The notes: generated by a model not told the origin, from the letters alone. A stretch of DNA of 40,901 bases from an uncultured Collinsella sp. (GCA_900751665.1 CAADSV010000107.1:1-40901), one strand, 5' to 3'; positions 29,038 to 40,901 are shown, counted from the stretch's first letter. Translations and numbers: made by a program.

Positions 29038-29487
29038 ATGGCACAGGATATGCAGGACGCCGGTAACGTCTCCGCCGAGCTCGACGCCATGGTGTGTGAC
29101 CTGATCGGCGCGTTCTTGGACGATCTTGCCGCCGGCGAGAATCCGGGCGTAGTTGTGGCGATCGAGGACGCTGCTTCCAACCGCTATCTGGCAGCGCTCG
29201 ACGAGGACGGCGAGGAGGCGTGCCTCGAGGCGGCTACCAACTTTATCTCCGAGCACAAGATGGGTCTTAAGGACGAGGGCCTGGCCCGCATCGCCCGCTA
29301 TGCCATCGGCTATACCGGCTGCGTCGAGATTGACGGCGGCTATCACGACGCTCTGCTCGTGAGCTTCTTTGAGACGACGCTCGAGAGCGGCTTTTCGGCA
29401 TATGTGCTGTATGAGGGCATGGGCGCCGGCGATGGTTTTATGTGGAGCGACCCTGAACCTGCAGGTGAGGAAACCCCTCTCATCTAA
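29038..29487 (+). CDS. Hypothetical acidic protein (149 aa)
   Basis: GC-rich third codon positions like neighbouring genes, globular-looking composition, fills the gap before typA. Confidence 0.7.
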   Translation: MAQDMQDAGNVSAELDAMVCDLIGAFLDDLAAGENPGVVVAIEDAASNRYLAALDEDGEEACLEAATNFISEHKMGLKDEGLARIARYAIGYTGCVEIDGGYHDALLVSFFETTLESGFSAYVLYEGMGAGDGFMWSDPEPAGEETPLI

Positions 29488-29604
29488 AATCGCTAAAATA
29501 AACGAGTTTTCGGTAAAAGGCTCAATATTCCCGCTGAGCGTTGTATCGCTGGGCGGGCCGCATACGCGTGCCGTTTGTATATGGATAGAAGATAGGGGAA
29601 CTAC

Positions 29605-31443
<1,839 letters not shown>

Positions 31444-31470
31444 GCGCTGAGCTTTATAGCGATTAACAAG

Positions 31471-31565
31471 AAAGGGCGCCGACCGCAATGGTCGGTGCCC
31501 TTTTTGGTGTACAGGGATTGAGCCGGTCTGCACCCCTGCAAAGGTGCCTGCCCCTTTGCAGGGGT
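31471..31565. terminator. Two hairpins between convergent genes (typA terminator 31471-31505; second stem 31532-31565)
   Basis: AAAGGGCGCCGACC/GGTCGGTGCCCTTTTT and ACCCCTGCAAAGG/CCTTTGCAGGGGT. Confidence 0.7.
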
Positions 31566-31571
31566 CGACGG

Positions 31572-32717
31572 CTAGGCGGAGGGAAGGCCCGGGGTGTTGG
31601 CGGCCTGCTGCGGCTTGAGGCGGGCGTTGCGCCAGATGATTTGGATAACGTAGCCGAGCATAAAGACAAAGGCCACGCCGCTGACGAAGTCGCCGATGAG
31701 GGGAAGTCCCGTGAGGGCACCTGCGGCGATACCGCCCACGGCGGCCATGGCGTAGCGGTTCTGGTTGTGTCCGACCATGCGGGCGATCGCGCACCCCGCA
31801 AAGGCGGTGGAGACCAGCGCGATGCCGATAACGCCGCACAAGAGGGTTCCGGCAAGCGACAGGCCAGCGATAGAGATAATCAGCAGTAGGACGGCGGGGA
31901 CGATAGCGATCGTGCCCAAAAGACCGCTCACCCACAGGGGCGTGGGGCGCTGGTGGAGCATACCGGCGGCACTGGCGGTCGCACGCGGAAAGACGAGCTC
32001 GAGCAGCAGAGCGACAAAGCAGGTCGAGAGCGCCGCGGCGACGATGCCGCCGATGACATCGTTAATGGTGGAAGTATCTTCGTTCTCGGTGCGGTCGATC
32101 TTGAGCGCGCCGACCTCGGCTCCTGCGGCGCGCTCGGGGTCCTCGGAAACATGCGCGTTCACGGTGCCGGTAATGCGGGCATTTTTCCCCAGGATGAGCT
32201 TATCGGCCCAAACCTCGACATCGCCCTCGACGGTGCCGTCGATGGTCACCGTATCGCCTGCAAGTGCTGCCGACTTGGCAGAGCCGCGCAGGGCAACCGT
32301 CTCGCCCACCGCGTAAAAACAGTTGGCGGCGCTACTGGTGTTGAGCACGACGTGTTGACCGGCTACCGTTACGCTGCCATCGATTGCTGTTTTGGAGATG
32401 TCGATGGTGCGCGCCGCCAGGCGAATGGCGCCACCCACGGTGCAGTCGCGAATCGACAAGCTCTCGCCTGCCGCGATGATATCGCGGCCGATGGAAGCGT
32501 CGTCTAGGTTAAGGCTTTGGCCGGCCCAGTACAGGTCGCTTTCGACGCCAGACGGATTTGAGTCAACTTCGGTTGCGAGCACGTTGCCCGCGGTGTCTGT
32601 GCCGGCGAACGACGTCGTAGGAAGCACGGTCAGCGCAAGCGCAATCAGTGCGAATAGGAGGGCGATGCGGGCCTGTGCTTTACGGCGCCGGGACGACGGT
32701 TTTAGGTTGCAAGGCAT
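31572..32717 (-). CDS. Exported beta-helix (bactofilin/polymer-forming-like) membrane protein
   Basis: Signal-peptide-like N-terminus ending SFA, repeats such as AGDTVTIDGTVEGDVEV and LGKNARITGTV, about five C-terminal hydrophobic helices; ATG 32717 after GAAGGA. Confidence 0.7.
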   Translation of the reverse strand: MPCNLKPSSRRRKAQARIALLFALIALALTVLPTTSFAGTDTAGNVLATEVDSNPSGVESDLYWAGQSLNLDDASIGRDIIAAGESLSIRDCTVGGAIRLAARTIDISKTAIDGSVTVAGQHVVLNTSSAANCFYAVGETVALRGSAKSAALAGDTVTIDGTVEGDVEVWADKLILGKNARITGTVNAHVSEDPERAAGAEVGALKIDRTENEDTSTINDVIGGIVAAALSTCFVALLLELVFPRATASAAGMLHQRPTPLWVSGLLGTIAIVPAVLLLIISIAGLSLAGTLLCGVIGIALVSTAFAGCAIARMVGHNQNRYAMAAVGGIAAGALTGLPLIGDFVSGVAFVFMLGYVIQIIWRNARLKPQQAANTPGLPSA

Positions 32718-32822
32718 AGTGAATCCTTCGTTAGATACTCGACATGTATCTAACAGGGTACCCAACGCGCGGGCGCTCTAAAAGAACCTCTCAGTTGCAT
32801 TTCGGGGACGAGCCCGCGCTAG

Positions 32823-33512
32823 CTATTTTTTGCGATGCAAGAAGCGCGCGATATCTTCTTCGGTGGGGCTTTTGATGTCAAAGCGCAGCGAGAGCCAGCG
32901 CAGACCCATGGTCACCGCGACGCATACGACCAGCGCGGCGACATTGCTGACCAAGCCACTCATGACAAGGCTTACATAGCTTGCCGATCCGGCGATGGCC
33001 GCGATGGCATAAAAGTTGGTGCGTTGGAAAATGCCTGGGACCACGCCCATAAAGCCGTCGCGCAACATGCCGCCACCCACCGCGGTGAAGAAGCCCATCA
33101 TGATGCATACGGCCGGCGCAAAGCCATAAACCAGTGCTTTGTCCGCTCCGGTGGCGGCGTAGATGCCGACCGAGATGATGTCGAGCAATGGGATGAGTTT
33201 CTCGGGTTTATCGACGATTGCCGGGAAGATGTAGATGATGGCTGCCGTGGCAATGGAAAGCGGCAGCGCCATCGGCTGGTTGAGGATGTAGACGTTGCCC
33301 ACTTGCAGCGTCATATCGCGTAAAAGACCGCCGCCCAGGCCACAGACCACGGCGAGTGCGACCGCGCCCACCAGGTCGAGCTTGTGTTCGCGCGCAACCA
33401 GCACACCCGAGATCGATGCAGCGACAACGGCGAACATCTCGAGCCAAAAGGGGATAGCGACCATGGCATCCGAGGCATGTGAGGTAACGGTTATAGCGGC
33501 GACGACGGGCAA
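32823..33512 (-). CDS. TRIC-family (UPF0126) membrane channel protein
   Basis: Duplicated motif GLGGGLLRD / AVGGGMLRD, about seven hydrophobic helices; start uncertain (TTG 33512 after AAAGGA, or ATG 33464). Confidence 0.85.
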   Translation of the reverse strand: MPVVAAITVTSHASDAMVAIPFWLEMFAVVAASISGVLVAREHKLDLVGAVALAVVCGLGGGLLRDMTLQVGNVYILNQPMALPLSIATAAIIYIFPAIVDKPEKLIPLLDIISVGIYAATGADKALVYGFAPAVCIMMGFFTAVGGGMLRDGFMGVVPGIFQRTNFYAIAAIAGSASYVSLVMSGLVSNVAALVVCVAVTMGLRWLSLRFDIKSPTEEDIARFLHRKK

Positions 33513-33626
33513 GATGGGGTCCTTTGAGTTACGGGTTTGGACAATGCCCGTACATAGTACATGTTCGGCGCCGATTGCGACCCTATTGCTCGGCAAACGG
33601 TCGGGACTGGGTATGGTCATAGGTTC

Positions 33627-33694
33627 CAAACATGTACATCAGCCTCCAAAGATGTCGAAAAATGTCGGTTTTGGAGGGTGGTGTACATGTTTGG
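33627..33694. repeat. 68-bp palindromic repeat, copy 1
   Basis: CAAACATGTACATCAGCCTCCAAA..TTTGGAGGGTGGTGTACATGTTTGG; 66/68 identical to 34836-34903. Confidence 0.92.
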
Positions 33695-33722
33695 GGGAAG
33701 CGCGGGGTGAGTGGGTTCGTCG

Positions 33723-34730
33723 TTACTCAGAAGGCGACTCTTCGGCTTGATTGCTCTTCCAGTTGCGGATAAGCACCTTGCGCAGTTCGTTTTGCTTTCG
33801 CTGATACTCGGCATCTACGCAACGAGGCATGCCGAGTGCTTCGCGGATATTGTTCATGGCACGGTGGAAAGCGAGTTGGCTGGCAAATTGCGTTGAGGTG
33901 AGCGTGACGATGCGATAGCCCATTTGGGCGAGTACGGCCTCTCGCTCCGCATCTGCTCCCTTGCGTTCGGCCTCGTCGTGAAAGCCGCCCTTATATTCGA
34001 TGCCGAGCTCTCTGCGCTTATAGGTAACAAGAGCGTCGATTTTGAGCGTTCGAGCTTTGGTGCAATGCCAAAGTCGTTTAGGGATTTCGAGCGGCTTGTT
34101 GAGTTCGACACCTCGGATGCCAACGCCGCCTTCGCTCGTCGGGAGTGAAAGGGCGATAGCGGATGCGGTCTCCATGGGTGAGGCTGAGTGGTCGTAGATA
34201 TGCCTGAGCGCGAGTCGGGCGCGTGTGGCACCGGGTTTGCCGGGGTGCCGATCGAGCAGATCGACAATTTCGTTCTTGGAAGCGGTAGCTGGTTGATCGG
34301 TGTAAGGGTCATCGGGATTGAGCCCCATGCGATAGTCACCGCAAACTTCGTAGCCGTATTCGAGGTATTCGATTCTGTCCATCCACTCGGCAGCGAATAC
34401 GAAGGTAAGGGCTTCGTCGGTGATAAAAATACCAGGGGACAGCTCGTCAATATGGTCGTAGGGTAGATTTTGGCCAAGAACGTGGCAATTTACACCGTTG
34501 GCGCGGATTCGCTCGAAGGCAAATACAACGGAGATATCGATAGTCTCAAGCATGCTAGTGGGAATACCGCAGTCGGTAAGAGCCTGTCGAATGCGCGTGA
34601 TACGCTGCTGGGTGGAGAGGCCTCTTGCGCCTATCTGATAGTCGTGTTGCGCGATCGCTTGAACCAGGTCTTGTGGCGCATGATGGACGAGCCATGCGGT
34701 TTTATGCGTAATGAGAACAGGAGTATCCAT
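33723..34730 (-). CDS. DUF559/Vsr-like endonuclease-domain protein with AbiEi-like N-terminal region (335 aa)
   Basis: GATRARLAL..SASPMET..LSLP..GGVG..LN..KIDAL..LGIEYKGGFH..DAEREAVLAQMGYRIVTLT pattern typical of actinobacterial DUF559 proteins; GAGAGG RBS. Confidence 0.75.
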   Translation of the reverse strand: MDTPVLITHKTAWLVHHAPQDLVQAIAQHDYQIGARGLSTQQRITRIRQALTDCGIPTSMLETIDISVVFAFERIRANGVNCHVLGQNLPYDHIDELSPGIFITDEALTFVFAAEWMDRIEYLEYGYEVCGDYRMGLNPDDPYTDQPATASKNEIVDLLDRHPGKPGATRARLALRHIYDHSASPMETASAIALSLPTSEGGVGIRGVELNKPLEIPKRLWHCTKARTLKIDALVTYKRRELGIEYKGGFHDEAERKGADAEREAVLAQMGYRIVTLTSTQFASQLAFHRAMNNIREALGMPRCVDAEYQRKQNELRKVLIRNWKSNQAEESPSE

Positions 34731-34835
34731 TGGGGACCTCTCGCTTTATGCCGATATGCAGTCCTTATGTCCGTTGAAGTGAGGAAATATACCGAATGCT
34801 GGCAAAACGGCCGATCGTGCGCCGAGTGCGATATG

Positions 34836-34903
34836 CAAACATGTACATCAGCCTCCAAAGATGTCGAAAAATGTCGTTTTTGGAGGGTGATGTACATGTT
34901 TGG
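34836..34903. repeat. 68-bp palindromic repeat, copy 2
   Basis: Direct repeat of 33627-33694; folds into a 15-bp stem, one mismatch, an 8-bp stem and a 19-nt loop. Confidence 0.92.
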
Positions 34904-34936
34904 TTGGGATGTGCGGCCGAGAGGGGATCCGATAAC

Positions 34937-34963
34937 AAAAAAGCTCCCGTTGCTGGGAGCTTT
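34937..34963 (-). terminator. Terminator after tRNA-Ser(CGA)
   Basis: Minus strand AAAGCTCCC-AGCAAC-GGGAGCTTTTTT. Confidence 0.75.
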
Positions 34964-34974
34964 CTCAAGCAAAA

Positions 34975-35065
34975 TGGCGGAGGAGGAGGGATTCGAACCC
35001 TCGTGACCTTATACAGGCCAAACGGTTTTCGAGACCGCCGCATTCAACCACTCTGCCACCCCTCC
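34975..35065 (-). tRNA. tRNA-Ser(CGA)
   Basis: Reverse complement GGAGGGG..CT-CGA-AA..long variable arm..TTCGAAT..GCCA (91 nt). Confidence 0.96.
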
Positions 35066-35113
35066 GCGTGGGGTAAAAACAAAGCAGGCTCGAAGGCCTG
35101 CTTTGGAATTAAC

Positions 35114-35204
35114 TGGCGGAGAGTCAGGGATTTGAACCCTGGAGACGCTTTTGACGCCTACACGATTTCCAATCGTGCTCCTTCGGCCACTCGGACAACT
35201 CTCC
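35114..35204 (-). tRNA. tRNA-Ser(GGA)
   Basis: Reverse complement GGAGAGT..TT-GGA-AA..long variable arm..TTCAAAT..GCCA (91 nt). Confidence 0.96.
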
Positions 35205-35601
35205 GTTAAATGCGAAAGTCAGTATACACGAGGAATCGCAAAGTGCAAACAGAAAAGTTGGCATTTTTTGAAACGCTTGGCTTCGTGACGGGATCTAGGA
35301 GGCCAAAAACGGGCTCTGACCAGCATGGCTGCATACAGCAAATTGTTCAAAATGAGTATTTATAAACGACGTGGCAGCAATTTTAAAAATCTTTGAACGG
35401 TGTTGTGAACCACTGGTATGCATTCCGCGACCACAGCCTTGCAATTGCCGACCTGCGATTTGATTTGGTTTGTCCCCGCAGCGCCGTATCTTGTCCACAG
35501 ATCCGTCAAGCATTTGGTCAGCATTTGGTTGGAAGACGCATGAAATGCCGTGTGAGTATGGACATATGATGTGGAGGTCATGAGGTTGTGGCTGCATATT
35601 C

Positions 35602-35630
35602 TTGCAGCCTGGGAGGTTGAAAGATATTAT
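35602..35630 (+). promoter_or_regulatory. Promoter of the rpsF operon
   Basis: TTGCAG-17 nt-TATTAT. Confidence 0.55.
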
Positions 35631-35636
35631 TACCAA

Positions 35637-35700
35637 GTCTTTTCCTGCTTCAGGCGCACCTTCACGACCTGAAGCCACATTTGCCCAGAGGAGGTGACAA
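35637..35700 (+). ncRNA. Putative S6:S18 ribosomal-protein leader RNA
   Basis: Stem GCTTCAGG/CCTGAAGC ending in CCA; upstream CTTTTCCT can pair with the AGGAGG RBS; directly 5' of rpsF. Confidence 0.6.
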
Positions 35701-35701
35701 T

Positions 35702-35995
35702 ATGAAGGCTTATGAACTGCTGTTCTTTGTTGACCCGTCGCTCGACCCCGAGACTCGTCTCGCTGTTATGAAGCGTATCGATACCACGATCGCTGAGGGC
35801 GCTGGCAAGGTCGACTCCGTTGACGAGTGGGGCAAGCGCAAGCTCGCCTACGAGATCAACGACCTCACCGATGGTGACTACACCCTCATCAACTTCCACG
35901 CAGATCCTACCCAGATCGCCGAGCTTGATCGCGTCCTGCGCATCACCGACGCTGTGGTCCGCCACATGATCGTCCGTCGCGACGACCAGGAGTAA
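35702..35995 (+). CDS. rpsF: 30S ribosomal protein S6
   Basis: MKAYELLFFVDP..WGKRKLAYEI..VVRHMIVR; GAGGAGG RBS. Confidence 0.97.
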   Translation: MKAYELLFFVDPSLDPETRLAVMKRIDTTIAEGAGKVDSVDEWGKRKLAYEINDLTDGDYTLINFHADPTQIAELDRVLRITDAVVRHMIVRRDDQE

Positions 35996-36043
35996 GACTG
36001 TCGTTTTGGACTGGGCTTGTGCCCCAAGAGGAAGTAGTGAGTT

Positions 36044-36496
36044 ATGAGCATCAATCGAGTGAACATCACCGGTAACCTCACGCGTGATCCCGAGCTGCGC
36101 GCCACCGCCGGCGGAACCCAGGTTCTGTCCTTTGGCGTCGCCGTGAACGATCGTCGCCGCAACCCGCAGACTGGCGAGTGGGAGGACTATCCCAACTTTG
36201 TCGACTGCACTATGTTCGGCACGCGCGCCGAGGCCGTGAGCCGTTTCCTGGCAAAGGGAAACAAGGTCGCGATCGAGGGCAAGCTGCGCTACAGCTCTTG
36301 GGAGCGCGACGGCCAGCGCCGGAGCAAGCTTGAGGTCATCGTCGATGAGGTCGAGTTTATGAGCTCCCGTGGTGGTCAGGGTGGCTACGATCAGGGCGGT
36401 TACGCCCCCGCAGCTCCCGCGCCCGCAGCACGTCCTGCCGCACCGGTGGCAACGCCGCCCGCGGTCGACGTCTACGATGAGGACATCCCGTTCTAA
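36044..36496 (+). CDS. ssb: Single-stranded DNA-binding protein
   Basis: INRVNITGNLTRDPELR, KGNKVAIEGKL, C-terminal DEDIPF. Confidence 0.97.
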   Translation: MSINRVNITGNLTRDPELRATAGGTQVLSFGVAVNDRRRNPQTGEWEDYPNFVDCTMFGTRAEAVSRFLAKGNKVAIEGKLRYSSWERDGQRRSKLEVIVDEVEFMSSRGGQGGYDQGGYAPAAPAPAARPAAPVATPPAVDVYDEDIPF

Positions 36497-36568
36497 GGGC
36501 TGTTCACCTATTTTTGAGTGAGAGGCGGCTTCGGTTCGCCGAAGTTGCCAAACGAAAGGTATTTTGAC

Positions 36569-36835
36569 ATGGCTAATGATTTTTCTGCACGTCAGCCGCG
36601 TCGTAAGTACTGCCAGTTCTGCAAGGAGAACACTGAGTTCATCGACTATAAGGACACTCAGCTTCTCCGTAAGTACATGACCGACCGTGGCAAGATCAAG
36701 CCCCGTCGCGTCACTGGCGCTTGCACGCAGCATCAGCATGACATCGCCAACGCCATCAAGCGCGCCCGCGAGATGGCTCTCCTGCCGTACACCGTCCCCG
36801 TGGTTTCCTCTCGTGGCAACCGCGACCGCGGCTAA
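36569..36835 (+). CDS. rpsR: 30S ribosomal protein S18 (Zn-binding form)
   Basis: [42 protein letters not shown]. Confidence 0.97.
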   Translation: MANDFSARQPRRKYCQFCKENTEFIDYKDTQLLRKYMTDRGKIKPRRVTGACTQHQHDIANAIKRAREMALLPYTVPVVSSRGNRDRG

Positions 36836-36850
36836 GAAGGGAGACGCATC

Positions 36851-37390
36851 ATGAAGGTTATTCTTCTCGATGAGATCAAGGGCAAGGGCGGCGAGGGTGA
36901 CGTCGTAGAGGTCGCTCAGGGTTACGCTGAGAACTTCCTGTTCCCCAAGAAGCTCGCTGTTGCCGCCACCAAGGGCAACCTCAAGCAGCTTGACGAGCGT
37001 CGCAACAACATCGCCAAGCGCGAGGCCGTCCGTCTGGCTACCGCCAACGAGACCAAGGCTGCCTTCGAGGGCAAGACGGTCACCGTTGACGTCAAGGTCG
37101 GCGACGAGGGCATCCTCTTTGGCTCCGTTACCGCCGCCATGATCGCTGACGCCATCAAGGCTCAGCTCGGTATGGACATCGACCGCAAGCGCGTCGAGCT
37201 CGGTAAGCCCATCAAGGTTGCCGGTGCCCACACCGTTGCCATCTCGCTGTACCGCGAGATCAAGGCCGAGGTTGTCGTTCTCGTTGGCGTTACCGCCGAG
37301 GAGCTCGCTGCCGAGGCTGAGGCTGAGGAGACCGCTGAGGTCGCCGAGGCCGAGACCGCCGAGGTCGAGACTGAGGCTGCTGCCGAGTAG
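36851..37390 (+). CDS. rplI: 50S ribosomal protein L9 with acidic C-terminal tail
   Basis: MKVILL..GDVVEVAQGYAENFLFP, LFGSVT. Confidence 0.97.
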   Translation: MKVILLDEIKGKGGEGDVVEVAQGYAENFLFPKKLAVAATKGNLKQLDERRNNIAKREAVRLATANETKAAFEGKTVTVDVKVGDEGILFGSVTAAMIADAIKAQLGMDIDRKRVELGKPIKVAGAHTVAISLYREIKAEVVVLVGVTAEELAAEAEAEETAEVAEAETAEVETEAAAE

Positions 37391-37422
37391 CATTTGCTGC
37401 AACGCAACAATCTTGTTCTAAG

Positions 37423-37461
37423 AAGGGCGCTCTGGGAGACCAGGGCGCCCTTTTGTTTTTT
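37423..37461 (+). terminator. Terminator of the rpsF operon
   Basis: AAGGGCGCTCTGG/CCAGGGCGCCCTT followed by T runs. Confidence 0.8.
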
Positions 37462-37614
37462 GCGCTGAGTGAGTGTCATGGTGAACGTTGCGTCGAAGTC
37501 CTATATACGGGACCGTTCATCCGTTTCGTTCGGTGATGATTGCCGGGGCGCGGCCCGTTTTGGGACTGTGGCTGATACTATGGATGCTCGCAAGCGATAT
37601 GAATGAGGATGCTC

Positions 37615-39006
37615 ATGGCATATGACGAAAGGGAGACGGGGCTGACGGTCGAGGACCGTGGCTCCAAGTTGGGTCTCCCTCAAAACCAAGATGCAGAGGC
37701 CAATGTACTGGCCGCCATGCTGCTGTCGCCCGAGGTGGTCGAGGAGGCCCAGGTCGAGCTGCAGCCCGATGACTTCTACCGACCCATTCATAAGACCATC
37801 TACACCGCGATGGTCGATATGTACAACAGCCGCATTCCCATCGACTCTATCTCGCTGATTGATTACCTGCGCAGCATCAACAAGCTTGATGCCGTGGGCG
37901 GCGAGGCCTACATTTTGGAGCTGATGGGTCAGACCCTGTCGCTCGTGAACTGGCAGCACCATGCCGCCATCGTCCGTCGCGACTCGATGCTGCGCGAGCT
38001 GATCGGTGCTACCAACGAGATCAACGCGCTGGCCTATAACGCCCCTACCGACACCAAAGAGGTCGTGGAGCTGGCCGAGAGCAAGCTGCTCAAGGTCACG
38101 GCGCGCGAGGTCAAGTCGAGCTATAAGACACTGACCGAGTTTATGGTCGAGGCCTATAACGAGGCCGAGGAAGTGTGTAAGGCCGGTGGACAGGCCGCGG
38201 GCGTGCCCACCGGCTTCCCGTCGCTCGACCGCATGCTTATGGGTTTCCGCGAGGGCCAGCTCATCATTATCGGCGCCCGCCCCGCCGTGGGTAAGACGTC
38301 GTTCGCTCTGAACCTGGCGCTGAATGCCGCCGCTGCGGGCTATACCGTCGGCTTCTTTTCGTTGGAGATGTCGGGCAAGGAAATTGCCCAGCGCCTGATT
38401 TGCGCCTACGCCATGATTTCGATCAGCGACTTCCGTACGGGCCGCATTAGCCCCGAGCAGTGGGCCAATATCAACGAGGCCACGCAGACCTTGTCTAAGC
38501 TCGACATTCTGATTGACGATACGCCCGGCACCACGGTGACCGAGATCCGCGCCAAGAGCCGCCGCATGCTCCACAACAAGGAGAAGGCCATCATTATCCT
38601 GGACTACCTGCAGCTGGTGAGTCCTCCGCCGGGACGTCGCTCCGAGAGCCGTACCGTCGAGGTCTCCGAGATGTCGCGTGGTTTAAAGATCATGGCCAAG
38701 GAGCTCAAGATTCCGTTGATCGCGCTGTCTCAGCTGTCGCGTCAGGTTGAGTCCCGTACCGGCAAGCGCCCGCAGCTGTCCGACCTGCGTGAATCGGGCT
38801 CCATCGAGCAGGACGCCGACATCGTTATGTTCTTGGACCGCTCCGCTGATGAGGCCGAGGCCTCGCGTGACGATCGACCCGACGAGGGCGTTACGCGTAT
38901 CGTCGTGGCCAAGAACCGTTCGGGCCCGATCGGTGACGTCGACCTGATGTTCCTGCCGGCATCCACCAAGTTCTATGAGCTTGATGGGGCGCATACCGAG
39001 GAGTAG
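37615..39006 (+). CDS. dnaB: Replicative DNA helicase DnaB
   Basis: GARPAVGKTSFA, FFSLEMS, LDYLQL, LSQLSR, DLRESGSIEQDAD, AKNRSGP; no intein visible; start between 37603 and 37615. Confidence 0.96.
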   Translation: MAYDERETGLTVEDRGSKLGLPQNQDAEANVLAAMLLSPEVVEEAQVELQPDDFYRPIHKTIYTAMVDMYNSRIPIDSISLIDYLRSINKLDAVGGEAYILELMGQTLSLVNWQHHAAIVRRDSMLRELIGATNEINALAYNAPTDTKEVVELAESKLLKVTAREVKSSYKTLTEFMVEAYNEAEEVCKAGGQAAGVPTGFPSLDRMLMGFREGQLIIIGARPAVGKTSFALNLALNAAAAGYTVGFFSLEMSGKEIAQRLICAYAMISISDFRTGRISPEQWANINEATQTLSKLDILIDDTPGTTVTEIRAKSRRMLHNKEKAIIILDYLQLVSPPPGRRSESRTVEVSEMSRGLKIMAKELKIPLIALSQLSRQVESRTGKRPQLSDLRESGSIEQDADIVMFLDRSADEAEASRDDRPDEGVTRIVVAKNRSGPIGDVDLMFLPASTKFYELDGAHTEE

Positions 39007-39090
39007 GACAGGCGCCCGTTGCACGGGTATACTGGGAATGTTTTGTGCTTCTGCGTGCCAGCGTGGCGCGTAGACAGTCCATGAATGTAA

Positions 39091-40386
<1,296 letters not shown>

Positions 40387-40507
40387 TCGGCACTATTCGG
40401 TTATTGCGATATACCCCTTTGCAGCCCGGACGGGCGGCCGAGGGGTATATTTGCTTTGTAATGGGTCCGCATGGTTGGCGGGCCGTTCATCCATAGAGGA
40501 GGCACCC

Positions 40508-40901
40508 TTGAAGGCGGACACTCAAACCATCGACATCCTGTTGTTGGGCAGCGGCGGCCGTGAGCATGCTTTGGCAGCTAAACTCGCAGCATCACCGCGC
40601 GCCGGCAAGCTCTACATCGCGCCGGGTAACGGCGGCACCGCGAGCTGCGGCGAGAACGTGGTTCTCGACGATTGCGATCCTGCGGCCGTGGCGGCGTTTG
40701 CACAGAGCCACGGATGCGGACTCGTGGTAATTGGCCCCGAGGCTCCGCTCGTGGCGGGCGTGGCCGACGCCGTGCGCGCGGCGGGTATTCCCTGCTTTGG
40801 CCCGGGTGCCGAGGGCGCTCAGATGGAGGGCTCTAAGCTGTTCTCCAAGCAGCTCATGGAGCGTGCCGGCATTCCGACGGCCGCCTACGGCTCCCTCCCC
40901 C
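40508..40901 (+). CDS. purD: Phosphoribosylamine--glycine ligase, 5' part (runs off the window)
   Basis: TTG start after GAGGAGG; manual translation gives ILLLGSGGREHAL, APGNGG, VIGPEAPLVAG, MEGSKLFSK. Confidence 0.93.
   Translation, partial: MKADTQTIDILLLGSGGREHALAAKLAASPRAGKLYIAPGNGGTASCGENVVLDDCDPAAVAAFAQSHGCGLVVIGPEAPLVAGVADAVRAAGIPCFGPGAEGAQMEGSKLFSKQLMERAGIPTAAYGSLP

Noticed and set aside
33653..33661. TGTCGAAAA in the loop of the 68-bp repeats matches an origin box variant
   Set aside because: A short AT-rich match with no clustering; it cannot be distinguished from coincidence.
33627..35065. tRNA-Ser-integrated genomic island
   Set aside because: No integrase and no duplicated tRNA 3' end were found; the tRNA keeps its own terminator.
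35491..35499. Canonical-type DnaA box TTGTCCACA
   Set aside because: A single 9-mer about 16 kb from oriC; compatible with chance.
35295..35678. 127-aa minus-strand ORF
   Set aside because: It overlaps the rpsF promoter and leader, has atypical codon usage and shows no motif.

Overview
This window is the replication-origin region of a high-GC actinobacterium. Gene content and style suggest Coriobacteriia, possibly Collinsella (inference, no search run). The core synteny is rlmN | parB-parA-rsmG-jag-yidC-yidD-rnpA-rpmH <> dnaA-dnaN-recF-dciA-gyrB-gyrA-tRNAs, followed by typA, two tRNA-Ser genes, rpsF-ssb-rpsR-rplI, dnaB, purA and a partial purD. The left end holds a degenerate split M28-peptidase-like protein, a PafB/PafC-like WYL pair, an exonuclease-DinG fusion and ddl. 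Six things stand out. (1) An extra GHKL-ATPase / Gln-Pro linker / winged-helix gene sits between rpmH and dnaA, inside a bipartite origin. (2) The origin has non-canonical DnaA-box-like repeats (TTTTCAACA/TTTTCGACA), and DnaA has an altered recognition helix. (3) A DUF559/Vsr-like endonuclease gene is bracketed by two 68-bp self-palindromic direct repeats. (4) Three perfect parS sites lie at an exact 39-bp period, and a parS-like site lies inside dnaA. (5) The M28-like protein is interrupted by about 670 acidic residues and has lost several metal ligands. (6) Long hairpin elements flank gyrA. All family calls come from motifs recognised by eye.
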